DNA of 64,000 nucleotides from a virus: IMG/VR virus record IMGVR_UViG_3300047323_000694, positions 1 to 64,000 of that record; one strand, 5' to 3'. Shown piece by piece: positions 55,193 to 64,000 of this stretch (position 1 is its first letter; each line of letters starts with the position of its first letter). The notes under the pieces were generated by a model. It saw only the letters and a program-made list of their open reading frames with translations, ran no database searches and was not told where the DNA came from. The position numbers and the translations under genes were made by a program.

Positions 55193-56269
55193 CTATGCAT
55201 CCTCAGTCGCCTTGACGAAGTCCTGCCAGAACCCAGTCGGCTCAGGTGGCGGGCCGCCGATGCCAAGCCCTCTATAAGCGATTGGTAGGCCATCGGTCTC
55301 ATATAGCCCTTGGTTTCGCTTGTTGATCCGCGTCGTGACGACCCCAGAATTGAAGTCCAATACCGCCAACAACCCACGGTTATGCAACAGCACATGACTG
55401 TCATCAACCATGCCCACCAGGGTGTAGTCGGCGGCGAAGCTGCCTGTGACGTTATCATCCAGCTGTACTTGGAAGTCTCGAATATTGAGCACATTGGATG
55501 TTAGGTTTCGCACCGCGAGCGTGGTGTCGCCATACCGGTATACAAGCTGTTCGCCATCGCCGCTGAACCCAGCATTTTTGGACTTGTCAGTGTTGCTGCC
55601 TGAAGAGTCAGATGACATCAACAGAGTGGCGTCGACGTCGAATGTAGTGATGTTCTGTCTCAGGTTTGCCGGGGATAGAGCCATGAATCGCGCATCCGGG
55701 CTTGCTGTCACGCCAGCATAGGGCCCGTACGACCACGCCGTCTGCCCGAGGTCGATATAGGTAGATTGCGCCCCAGTACTGGCATTCAGCCGAAATATCC
55801 CTGTGGGGCTCCCGCTATTTTGATCGCGGGTTGAGATAACAATTAGATCTGCCACCCCGGTTACGCTGAAATCAGTGATCGGATCGGACGATAGAGAAAT
55901 ATACGACGGCGTAGTGTAGGGAGGTGGAATGCTAATCAGAACTCCGGGGGTGCCGAAAACGTAAGCGTAAAAATTACCCTCAGGGCCAAATCCGTACTGC
56001 CCGGCACTAATAAATCCGGTGATTGGCGTTGTTCGAATATTCCCGCTTGCCGTGTCGCAAAAATAGATAAAGCTGTCGTTAACTCCCTTGACCGCCAGGG
56101 TCGACCCATCTCTCGACAAGGTGCCATTGCCAAAGTTGTATGCCTGACTCTGCAGGGCGATCTGCGCGGTCTGCGCCCCACTAACCGAGTCGAACAGGAA
56201 AAGCGAGTAGACGTAATCATCATCAGGGGTCGCCCGAGTGCCAGCGTCAAGATAGCCAATAATCGCCAT
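55193..56269 (-). CDS. Beta-propeller-like virion protein
   Basis: Repeated SRDG/SPDA/SGDG blade motifs. Confidence 0.6.
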   Translation of the reverse strand: MAIIGYLDAGTRATPDDDYVYSLFLFDSVSGAQTAQIALQSQAYNFGNGTLSRDGSTLAVKGVNDSFIYFCDTASGNIRTTPITGFISAGQYGFGPEGNFYAYVFGTPGVLISIPPPYTTPSYISLSSDPITDFSVTGVADLIVISTRDQNSGSPTGIFRLNASTGAQSTYIDLGQTAWSYGPYAGVTASPDARFMALSPANLRQNITTFDVDATLLMSSDSSGSNTDKSKNAGFSGDGEQLVYRYGDTTLAVRNLTSNVLNIRDFQVQLDDNVTGSFAADYTLVGMVDDSHVLLHNRGLLAVLDFNSGVVTTRINKRNQGLYETDGLPIAYRGLGIGGPPPEPTGFWQDFVKATEDA

Positions 56270-56285
56270 GAATAATCCTCTTCAG

Positions 56286-58496
56286 TTAGACCCGAACGAT
56301 GGGCTCGTCTCGGGCCTGGGCGGCATTGCCGCAATGGAATGCGCCGGCGGGCGAGCCGTAATTCAGCATGACGGTCCAGCTCGCGCCAGAGTCGTAGCTG
56401 ATCCACGTCGTGCCGTTTCTGATGTCCTGGCCGTTCTGCTCGGGCACCGAAATAGATGGAGCCCCCCAGCCTCTGGTAGCAATTAGAGTTGCTGGATGCC
56501 CTTTTCCAGTTGAGGCGTTGTAATTGTCGCTTTCCGGTCGAACAACTTCGATTCGACCAACCCTTGGGCCCCAATAGACCTGAGTGAGTGTTGCCCCCCC
56601 AGTAACGCCCCCTCCAACAACTCCTGAATCGCTCAGAGTCGAATCAATTACACCGGCCAGCTCTACCCCGCCCTCAAGGTCGAATATTGCGACTGCGAGA
56701 TTCCCCTTCGGAGTAAAGAAAACGTCGTCCTCTTCAGGTGTTGTCCACTCTGAAGAGACATAAAACATAAACCGGCCATTGCCGATGTAGGAGACTTGGC
56801 CGTCACCGGTAGGCATTGTCCAGTACCGACTGGTATCTCGGTCATTAGGGTCTTCTGCGTCAGGATCCAGTATAGGGTGATCCGTGTACTGAGCCGTTAC
56901 TGCCTCGTCGAGGGCGCTTGATACGTTCTGAGCAAAGCCAGGCTTGCCCGAGTATGCGACAGACGCGCCTGATCGATTCGCAACGACGATACTTAGCAGG
57001 GGCGAACTGTCGGGGATAAAGGTTGAGAACAGTACCGAAACCATCACTTCTCCATCGGTAGCTGATCCGCAAAAAAATCTCATCTCGTCGTCGCCAGCGT
57101 CGAACTTCACGTCATGCCCATATTGGCTCATGATTTGTTCGCCGTCTTTATCGTAGATGTCCGCTCGTAGCCGGGTCTTTTTGATGGCTTGAGATCGGCT
57201 CCCTCCACCGATAAACCAGCAGACATCTACGAATAGGTTTGCGCCCTTTGTAGAGGGAGTCGGGCTATCCTCGTCTTCCTTGGTTCGCTGGACATAAGAG
57301 ATGTCAATCATCACCCCTTCGCCGGTATCCAGCATCACCGGAGACGACTTGAAATGATGATTTGGCTGGTACCATGTACCTGCCGGCTGAGGATCATCCT
57401 CTTTCTCTGAAACTTTCCATGGGTGCCTATCCTCATCAGGGTCGTCAGCGCCGTCGATTTTGTATTGGGCTGTTATCTTCCCAGTTAACCCGTTGACATC
57501 TACTAGGCACGCCCACAGACCTTTTGAACCAGCGGCGCGCTTGAAATTGCCAGAGCCCCACCCGTATTCATTCGGCGTGTCATCGGTGTAATAAGGTCCA
57601 CCTAAGTCGTACACCACCTGCCCTGCCACTATCATCCGGTAGGACTGCTGGCCATCATCATCGACGTATGGCTGAGGTGCTGAGAAGGTCATCCATGGGT
57701 AGTTTTCAAGATCCCACGTCGCTTCATAGTTTGGCGAAGGCACCCCCATGCGCCGGACGAATGCCTTTGCCCCAACTGCAGCAAGGACCGACTCCCCGAT
57801 TTCAAGTGACCAATGGATCATCGGTGAATTTACGTTTCCCTGGCCTGAAAACTGCCCAGGAGTATCGGTAGGCGTCCACAGCACATTGCTTGGGCTTAGC
57901 ACATGGATGACATAGACGAATGGATCGCCCTCTCTCGCATAGGATAGTGCCCAGCTCAGCTGATTGAGGGACAGGTACACGGCCGCAAACCCGTAGGCGC
58001 ACCCAGCCCCATTAAACGATGTTCCAACCCCCCAAACGCGCGTAGCCACCTTGTTGCCAGCCCCCTCCGACCCAAGCTTGATGAATGTGTAAGGCCCGGC
58101 CAAGGCCGGCGGATCATCTTGGCTCTCGAGTACATCATCGATAGCGCCTGGCATATAGGTGTCACGCCCCAGGGGGAGCGGCTGCACGTATGCAAATTCC
58201 AGATAGACGTTGCTACCGATGATGTAACGCCCTGGCAGGCAGAGATACCCTGGGCAATCCAGAATTATCGCGTTCAAGTGCACAGAATTTCGCACCAGCG
58301 GCGACTGCATGTGCGGCGGCAGCCCTGGCACATCTGGCTGGGTCTGGTTTTTCTTCGCGATTAGGATGTATCCCGACATGACTTTCTTTGAAGAAAGCGC
58401 CGGGCCATTACGCTTCCCTAAAGACTCGGCCATATCGACGACGGTCTTTGTCAAAAAAAGACCGGACGACGATATCGAGCGACGGACGACGGCCAT
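56286..58496 (-). CDS. Large virion structural protein
   Basis: 736-aa ORF coupled in the late operon; WISYDSGASW Asp-box. Confidence 0.65.
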   Translation of the reverse strand: MAVVRRSISSSGLFLTKTVVDMAESLGKRNGPALSSKKVMSGYILIAKKNQTQPDVPGLPPHMQSPLVRNSVHLNAIILDCPGYLCLPGRYIIGSNVYLEFAYVQPLPLGRDTYMPGAIDDVLESQDDPPALAGPYTFIKLGSEGAGNKVATRVWGVGTSFNGAGCAYGFAAVYLSLNQLSWALSYAREGDPFVYVIHVLSPSNVLWTPTDTPGQFSGQGNVNSPMIHWSLEIGESVLAAVGAKAFVRRMGVPSPNYEATWDLENYPWMTFSAPQPYVDDDGQQSYRMIVAGQVVYDLGGPYYTDDTPNEYGWGSGNFKRAAGSKGLWACLVDVNGLTGKITAQYKIDGADDPDEDRHPWKVSEKEDDPQPAGTWYQPNHHFKSSPVMLDTGEGVMIDISYVQRTKEDEDSPTPSTKGANLFVDVCWFIGGGSRSQAIKKTRLRADIYDKDGEQIMSQYGHDVKFDAGDDEMRFFCGSATDGEVMVSVLFSTFIPDSSPLLSIVVANRSGASVAYSGKPGFAQNVSSALDEAVTAQYTDHPILDPDAEDPNDRDTSRYWTMPTGDGQVSYIGNGRFMFYVSSEWTTPEEDDVFFTPKGNLAVAIFDLEGGVELAGVIDSTLSDSGVVGGGVTGGATLTQVYWGPRVGRIEVVRPESDNYNASTGKGHPATLIATRGWGAPSISVPEQNGQDIRNGTTWISYDSGASWTVMLNYGSPAGAFHCGNAAQARDEPIVRV

Positions 58497-59444
58497 TTAC
58501 TGACCGCTGCCGGTCGTAATGTTGGCCTGCAGGGTGCCTGCCGCGCTAGCCGCACCGTTGGCGATCGCTGCGAATGCGTTAGCCGCCGTAGCATGCGCAT
58601 TGCCTGTGGAGTTCGAACCGTTGTTGGCAACTCGGTTTCGGTCGATGTTCCCGTCGACGCCTGCCTTCGTCTCTGCCGCCCGGAGCTTCAACTGCTCAAG
58701 GTTCACTTCAACGCTGTAGTAGCTGGCCAGGGCGTTATAGAACGACTGGTAGGCTGATGCCTTGATCTGGGCAGTCTGTGAGTCTAGTTGATACAGGGCG
58801 GTGTAGGAGCGGAACAGATCTGAAGCTGCGCCGAGAATACCCAGCTTCAGCTGATTGGCGAGTTGAACAGCCTGCTGTAGCAGTTGCACCCGAATATCCG
58901 CGTCCTTTTGGGTCTGGTCGCGGTTAACGTCAAGCACATTGTCTGTGCCACGTCGCTCAGAGAATGCGATCTGATCAACCATGGCGCCAGGCGGGAGCGA
59001 GAACCCCCGAGCAGAAAACGTCGCCGTTATAGTTGCTGTCTCGGACCGTACCGTCCGCGATGCCCGGTCCCGTGCATGATCCCAGACCAAGTCGAAGATG
59101 GTGGATGCCGTACCAAATGGTGTAACGCCGCTGATCACGCCGATCAGATAGTCCTCAGGAATCCCCTGGAAGTCACCGCTGATCGACGGGAAGTAAGTCT
59201 TCATCCACTCAGCAACATTGCCGTCAATGGCCTGGACGTTAGTCGCGGCGTTGTCCGTGCCGCCGAACAAGTCGCTGAACTTGGGTGGCGCTTCCAGGGC
59301 GATGTTGCCAACCGTGTACGAAAACGGCGTTTCCTTCAGTGTCGGCTTCGACGTGATCTGAATCCGGCCGGCGCTTCCCGATGCATAGCTCAGGGACTGC
59401 TGAGCCAGCGAAAATAGCTGACTGGTTGTGCTGTCGATGCTCAT
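58497..59444 (-). CDS. Virion structural protein
   Basis: ARGFSLPPG motif; helical. Confidence 0.65.
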   Translation of the reverse strand: MSIDSTTSQLFSLAQQSLSYASGSAGRIQITSKPTLKETPFSYTVGNIALEAPPKFSDLFGGTDNAATNVQAIDGNVAEWMKTYFPSISGDFQGIPEDYLIGVISGVTPFGTASTIFDLVWDHARDRASRTVRSETATITATFSARGFSLPPGAMVDQIAFSERRGTDNVLDVNRDQTQKDADIRVQLLQQAVQLANQLKLGILGAASDLFRSYTALYQLDSQTAQIKASAYQSFYNALASYYSVEVNLEQLKLRAAETKAGVDGNIDRNRVANNGSNSTGNAHATAANAFAAIANGAASAAGTLQANITTGSGQ

Positions 59445-61219
59445 CGCTTGGTTCTCCTGGCGCCGGTCGCGGCCACCCATTCAATATTGTCGATCTCGGC
59501 GTAGCTGGCCTCTTCAACCTCAAGGCGTAGATGCCAGTAGCGCGAAGACACGCCCTTTGCGGTGTTGATCCGGGATTCAGAGCTATCGCGTTGGATCAGC
59601 TTGTAGGTGATTTCGCGACCATAGTCGTCCTTCAGTCGAGCCAGGGCCTGGCCGTCAGTGGCGATGCCGAAGAAGATATTTTCCAGTCGCTTGGTTCGGG
59701 CCGTGCCCTGATCCTCGGCGGCGAAGTCGATCAGGAAGGACAGTAGCTTGCCGTCATCCGTATCGCCGCCGATCTTGTAGAGACCGTCCTGGCGAACCCC
59801 GTAGAGCACTTGCCCCACTCGGCAAAAGCTGGTGAAGCCGAATCCCACATACCGAGTGACGGCACCGGTAGCGATGTTGGTGGCGTACTGGATTGCCTCG
59901 TTAGCCGCGGCGTACTGGATTCCGCCGTCGCTGCCGGTATAGGAGCTGTTGGTGATGCGATTGCGCAGCGAGTAATCGCTCAGCGTCAGGCCGCCCTGGA
60001 TTAGTGCTGTGATGAGCAGACTCGCGTCGGTCCGGTCCGAGATGACCAGCATTTCAGCAATGCGGGCATCAATCGCGATGAAGAAGTCGATGACGCTTCC
60101 GAGCCGCAGCTTCTCGTTGATCGTGGCGAACAGGACGGGCTGAAAGTACGGCTCAGACTGTGCGATGATTCCCTCGACCAAGGAAACGTCGAAGAAGTTA
60201 TCGGTGTCGTAGGCGCTGATCGCCGGGACATCCATCACGAACCGGATGCCCGATTGGAACTCTTCAGACATCCTGGCGGTTGGCGTAACGTCGAAATTCA
60301 GCACGCCAGGATCAATCGACAAGCCGATATCGATCGCGCTCATGACCAGATCGAACTCTGTGGCGATGCCATCCAGGCCGATGTCGGGCACCACGATGGG
60401 TTTGGCATTTTTACCGGAGGCTGTCCCGCCGAGCAGATTCACCTCGAACGAGGATCCAGAATTAGCTGCGGTTGGCGTGCCAAGGCTCAGCGGCGCAAAC
60501 GACGATCCAGAATTCGAAGTGCCCAGTGTGGGCGAATCCACGTAGTCGCCGGCCGTGTACATGGCTGCCGTAAGCTTCTTCGACCCACTGGAGCGCTGGC
60601 CGCTGGTGTAAGAGTTGATCCCAGCTCGGTAGGTGACGACCCCTGCTATGCGCTGAATGACTAGCGCTGAGGCATCATCAGCACTGATCGAGAGCGTTGC
60701 AAGCTCGATGCCGGACTCATAGACCTTAATGCCACCTCCAGCGCTATACAGACCATGCTGAATGGCTGCGAAGTCGCCGATCGATACAGAGTCAGGCGCC
60801 AGCCCGCAAATCACTGCGCCGCTAGCGGCATATGGAAGTTGAAATGAAACGCTGAAGTCGTTATCGACAGAGTCAACGCTGCGCGCACCAGAATTCCAGC
60901 CAGTGAAGCCCTCGGTGATGACCGATGCCTCGCGACCCGCAACCCCTTTGACTGCGGGATAGCACACCGTCACTTTCGAATTAGGGACCAGAAACGGGTA
61001 ATAAATATTGTCGATTACGGTCTGCCCGTTTTCCTCATGCGTATCCATGCGCACTGGATATCCGGGCGCCACTTCATAGCCGAGGTTGATCACGTCAGTA
61101 ACGAGGAAGTACTTCACGGCATTGCCGGTGGTCGTCACGCACCGGGCCGGAGTTGCGACCACCGCCGGGATGGCGGCAATGAACGTGACCTTGCCTTGCT
61201 TCGTCAGTCGGTTAGACAT
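59441..61219 (-). CDS. Virion/tail structural protein
   Basis: AVTRY.GF.F.SF and R..KG..SRYW C-terminal motifs. Confidence 0.65.
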   Translation of the reverse strand: MSNRLTKQGKVTFIAAIPAVVATPARCVTTTGNAVKYFLVTDVINLGYEVAPGYPVRMDTHEENGQTVIDNIYYPFLVPNSKVTVCYPAVKGVAGREASVITEGFTGWNSGARSVDSVDNDFSVSFQLPYAASGAVICGLAPDSVSIGDFAAIQHGLYSAGGGIKVYESGIELATLSISADDASALVIQRIAGVVTYRAGINSYTSGQRSSGSKKLTAAMYTAGDYVDSPTLGTSNSGSSFAPLSLGTPTAANSGSSFEVNLLGGTASGKNAKPIVVPDIGLDGIATEFDLVMSAIDIGLSIDPGVLNFDVTPTARMSEEFQSGIRFVMDVPAISAYDTDNFFDVSLVEGIIAQSEPYFQPVLFATINEKLRLGSVIDFFIAIDARIAEMLVISDRTDASLLITALIQGGLTLSDYSLRNRITNSSYTGSDGGIQYAAANEAIQYATNIATGAVTRYVGFGFTSFCRVGQVLYGVRQDGLYKIGGDTDDGKLLSFLIDFAAEDQGTARTKRLENIFFGIATDGQALARLKDDYGREITYKLIQRDSSESRINTAKGVSSRYWHLRLEVEEASYAEIDNIEWVAATGARRTKR

Positions 61220-61233
61220 GGCGGTCTTCCCGA

Positions 61234-61677
61234 TTAGCCGGCGGCGATAGAGGCCACGAAGTAGTTGAGTTTGCGTTGGTCGCCGGCCGTCCAGGTCGTG
61301 CTGCTGACAACCAGATCGGCGTCGACCAAGCCGATGCCGCCCTGCAGGCGCGCAAGGGTCGTGCTGTCCGTGTTTGCGTCAGAAGGAAGCTGCATGCGGA
61401 AGAACGTCGGCGTGCCAGAGGCGACGATGGTGCCTTGCCAGACTTCAGCGGCATTCTTCTGGAGCGTACCGCCTGATGGCGTAGCTTCAAACGATACGCC
61501 GCCGCCAGTGCCATCCAGCGAATAGGTCAGCAGTAGCAAGGCATCGCCCGGCAATGCCGCGTCGGCTGTCGCTGGCTCCGTGGCAGCCGAATAAATGTTG
61601 ATTACCGTGCCCGTCAAGGCTGCCTTGAACGACCCAGTTGCCAACATGGAGTTACGAAGACCAGTGCTGCGCTTCAT
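61234..61677 (-). CDS. Virion structural protein
   Basis: STGLRN.ML..I.IYS..P.TADAA motif; ATGA coupling. Confidence 0.65.
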   Translation of the reverse strand: MKRSTGLRNSMLATGSFKAALTGTVINIYSAATEPATADAALPGDALLLLTYSLDGTGGGVSFEATPSGGTLQKNAAEVWQGTIVASGTPTFFRMQLPSDANTDSTTLARLQGGIGLVDADLVVSSTTWTAGDQRKLNYFVASIAAG

Positions 61678-62033
61678 GACGCGCCCCCCAAGGTGATATC
61701 GCCCGCAGCGATGGTGAAGGTGCCGGAAGTAACGGTGACCGGCGCGGTAAGGGCCTGGCGCTCGAATGCATTGCCGCCAGTCGAGGCCGACCACATGGTG
61801 ATATGGGTCAGCGTGGTCGAAGCGGTGACACTGAAGCTCAGGCCCGCCGCCAATATCGCGGTTCCGGTCGTGGTGTTCAGGGTGAAGGTTGCCGCCTGCC
61901 GGTTGTAGCCGCCGCCGGATACTTCACTGGCCGCGCCGGTATCGCCCGGGTTGGCTGAGTGCAGGCCGATATAGACCGTTCCGCCAACCAGCGTCGGCAG
62001 AATCGAATTTCGTGCAGAGAGGGTCAGGCTCAT
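61674..62033 (-). CDS. Virion structural protein
   Basis: Y.GLH.A.PG..G..EVSGGGY.RQ motif. Confidence 0.65.
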   Translation of the reverse strand: MSLTLSARNSILPTLVGGTVYIGLHSANPGDTGAASEVSGGGYNRQAATFTLNTTTGTAILAAGLSFSVTASTTLTHITMWSASTGGNAFERQALTAPVTVTSGTFTIAAGDITLGGAS

Positions 62034-62036
62034 GGC

Positions 62037-62552
62037 TTAGCTCGCCGACAGAAGAGAGATAGCAACGCCCAGGCGGAAAGTAGATCCGGCCGGGATGTCG
62101 TAGGGCGAGGCGAAACGCGAGATCGACAGCAGAATGCCTGCGTTCGCGCCCTTGCCGGAGTTCGATACCAGAAACCCGCTGTACAGCCGGGTCGCTGCTG
62201 GGAATGTGAACTCGGCCTTGGCATCAAGGTTGCCCACCATGGACACGCCATCGTAAGTGTTGGACCACGTGGGCCGAGTCGCCTGGGAGTAGCCGACGCT
62301 CTCGCCCACGGCTACCGGCAAGTCTGCAGAGGTGGTCGCTGAGGTAGGCACATAGTTGGCAGCACCAACGCCTACGTACCAGCTTGAGTTGATCGTGCCG
62401 GTGCCGCGCAACAGGCCGACAATGTGATCAATACCGCTCTGCGGGATGATATTGTGGTCGGTGCGCGAATAGATCACCTCGCCAGACGGCGACACGACCT
62501 CACCGGTAAAGACAAAGCCGAACTTTGCCAGGCCTTCCGTCATGCAGGTCAT
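62037..62552 (-). CDS. Virion structural protein
   Basis: HN.IP..G..H, WYVG and Y...TRP.W motifs. Confidence 0.65.
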   Translation of the reverse strand: MTCMTEGLAKFGFVFTGEVVSPSGEVIYSRTDHNIIPQSGIDHIVGLLRGTGTINSSWYVGVGAANYVPTSATTSADLPVAVGESVGYSQATRPTWSNTYDGVSMVGNLDAKAEFTFPAATRLYSGFLVSNSGKGANAGILLSISRFASPYDIPAGSTFRLGVAISLLSAS

Positions 62553-63775
62553 GGGGTGACGATCTCCGCTTCGTAGTAATCGGTGGCGGCAAGCGGGTTT
62601 GGTCCGCGCTGACCGGCCATAGTGGTGACAACCATCTGGTTGCCGTTGTGATCGATGACGCCGGAGGCGCCTGTGGTGCTCATGTCGGGAATGAAATTGC
62701 CCTGACTAAGCAAGGTGACACTTCCGTCCACGGCGCCGACCGCGAGGCCGTACTGAGTCATCCAGGAGGCGCGACCGTCGGGCAGGATGGTTCCAGTGCC
62801 CGGGATGGCGCCGTATTCAAGCTTTGTTGTCTGCACGACTGCATCGCCAGATTCAGGCGATTGCAGGAAATAGGTCTTGTCAGCGCACACAAACACGCCG
62901 CCATTCACCTGAATGACCAGGCTGATGGCTGACGGGTATTGGAAGAAGGAGCTGGCCATGTTGAGCAGGTGCGGGCTCATTGGCGAGGTATACCAGAGCG
63001 TCTTGCCGTCGGCGATGAGCAGGATGCCACCCAGCGCCGCGATGTAGTCGCCACCCACCGGCTCGCGCAGGTTCAGCGTGTCCAGGCGTGCTGTGTCATC
63101 ACGAATGGTACTGACCGTGTAGCCGCCGGAGCCTTGATATTGCAGATAGAGGCTTTCGCCGCTGGAGGTGCTGACGTACAGCCGCGCCGTGTAACCCGCC
63201 GGGGGTGACAGCGAGAACTGCAAAGACGACTTGGCCGGAACCGTCACCTGAATAGGGTTTACGGTGCCGCCCTCTTCGCCCTTGGCATTCACCAGCGTCA
63301 TTGCAGCTTGATACAGGCCTGCCGGGATGCCGCCGCCACCTACGCCAGGGTATGGCTGATTAACGACGGTGGGCACGCCCCAAGGACGCAGTGTCGATCC
63401 ATCAAATCGCAATACGTCGTTCGCGGTGCAGAAGAACAACTCTTGATTCATCACAGCGCCAGCCAGTCGGCCTCCGCCCGCGATAGAGCCCAGGACTGTT
63501 TGGGTGTTGGTCGCGGTGTCGAAGCAGATCAGCGAGCCACCGTCTGCGAACAGGATTTTCGAACCGACTGACAATGCGCCGCGGCCATTCGTGGCCGGAC
63601 ACACCTTGTCGAACCCAGAGCGCAGACCGAGGGTGCCGCCGAACAGAGGATCGAGGTTCACCATGTCACGGACGTAGCCGTCGGGAATATCCCGGTAGTT
63701 CGCCCGGTTGTTGATCCCGCCCGCCCAGGCGGTGGTGCCAGCCATTACCAGTGACTCCGGATCGGCCGGGAGCAT
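62549..63775 (-). CDS. Tail nozzle/stabilisation-like protein
   Basis: GINN..VNLD..G..R.G N-terminus; beta-rich; start could be 63745. Confidence 0.55.
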   Translation of the reverse strand: MLPADPESLVMAGTTAWAGGINNRANYRDIPDGYVRDMVNLDPLFGGTLGLRSGFDKVCPATNGRGALSVGSKILFADGGSLICFDTATNTQTVLGSIAGGGRLAGAVMNQELFFCTANDVLRFDGSTLRPWGVPTVVNQPYPGVGGGGIPAGLYQAAMTLVNAKGEEGGTVNPIQVTVPAKSSLQFSLSPPAGYTARLYVSTSSGESLYLQYQGSGGYTVSTIRDDTARLDTLNLREPVGGDYIAALGGILLIADGKTLWYTSPMSPHLLNMASSFFQYPSAISLVIQVNGGVFVCADKTYFLQSPESGDAVVQTTKLEYGAIPGTGTILPDGRASWMTQYGLAVGAVDGSVTLLSQGNFIPDMSTTGASGVIDHNGNQMVVTTMAGQRGPNPLAATDYYEAEIVTP

Positions 63776-64000
63776 GCGCCGCGCCGCAGGATCGATGCCT
63801 CAAGCGCAGACTGGCATTTGCCAAGGAATTCGGCATATCGATTGTTCGACTTGGACTTGTCGAACGTCTCTGCATCGCTGACGCTGTAGGCCTTGTAGGC
63901 CAGGTACAGCAGCAAGTGGCGGCGCTCAGACGGAAGCATATCCGGGATGGCGTCGCGCTTGTCGACGTCCTTGACCGGTCGGCGGATGACGCGAAGACGA
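63745..64000 (-). CDS. Head-tail adaptor-like protein (5' end outside window)
   Basis: H.LL..AYKAY..DAETFD C-terminus. Confidence 0.55.
   Translation of the reverse strand, partial: RLRVIRRPVKDVDKRDAIPDMLPSERRHLLLYLAYKAYSVSDAETFDKSKSNNRYAEFLGKCQSALEASILRRGACSRPIRSHW

Larger units (their letters stand above)
38016..64000. mobile_element. Prophage 2 (partial), podovirus-like with ejection proteins and immI-like region
   Basis: Lysis cassette, virion genes and mnt/arc/ant starting right of the att core. Confidence 0.85.

Overview
Pseudomonas-like chromosomal window containing two temperate prophages in tandem and in the same orientation. They are joined at a 49-bp 3' fragment of tRNA-Pro(GGG) at 37967-38015, the att core. 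Prophage 1 (from about position 1, left end not visible, to about 37966) is a near-complete lambdoid-regulated myovirus: int/xis, cI/cro/cII, replication, Q-like gene, holin, PBSX terminase, DUF1073 portal, DUF2184 capsid, DUF3383 contractile tail and Rz/Rz1. I found no endolysin in it. It carries many morons: an XRE-ImmA pair plus two unannotated micropeptides, a LexA-boxed DUF6037 gene, a caspase/C80-like protease between sheath and tube, HigBA, a KorC-like cassette and csrA. Prophage 2 (38016 to beyond the window end) shows lysis genes, tail and ejection proteins, a YhaV/truncated-PrlF toxin-antitoxin pair and a P22 immI-like mnt/arc/ant locus. The standout feature lies directly downstream of ant: a stand-alone RAMP/Cas7-like gene (52941-53516), an accessory gene (52484-52948) and a non-coding array (52229-52482). 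The array has two units, each a 52-nt covarying structured leader followed by 14-15 G(G)Y-NN pentamers, and is closed by a terminator. This looks like a non-CRISPR, phage-encoded RNA-guided system in which the variable dinucleotides carry the targeting code. All family assignments are from motif recognition by eye; no database searches were run.
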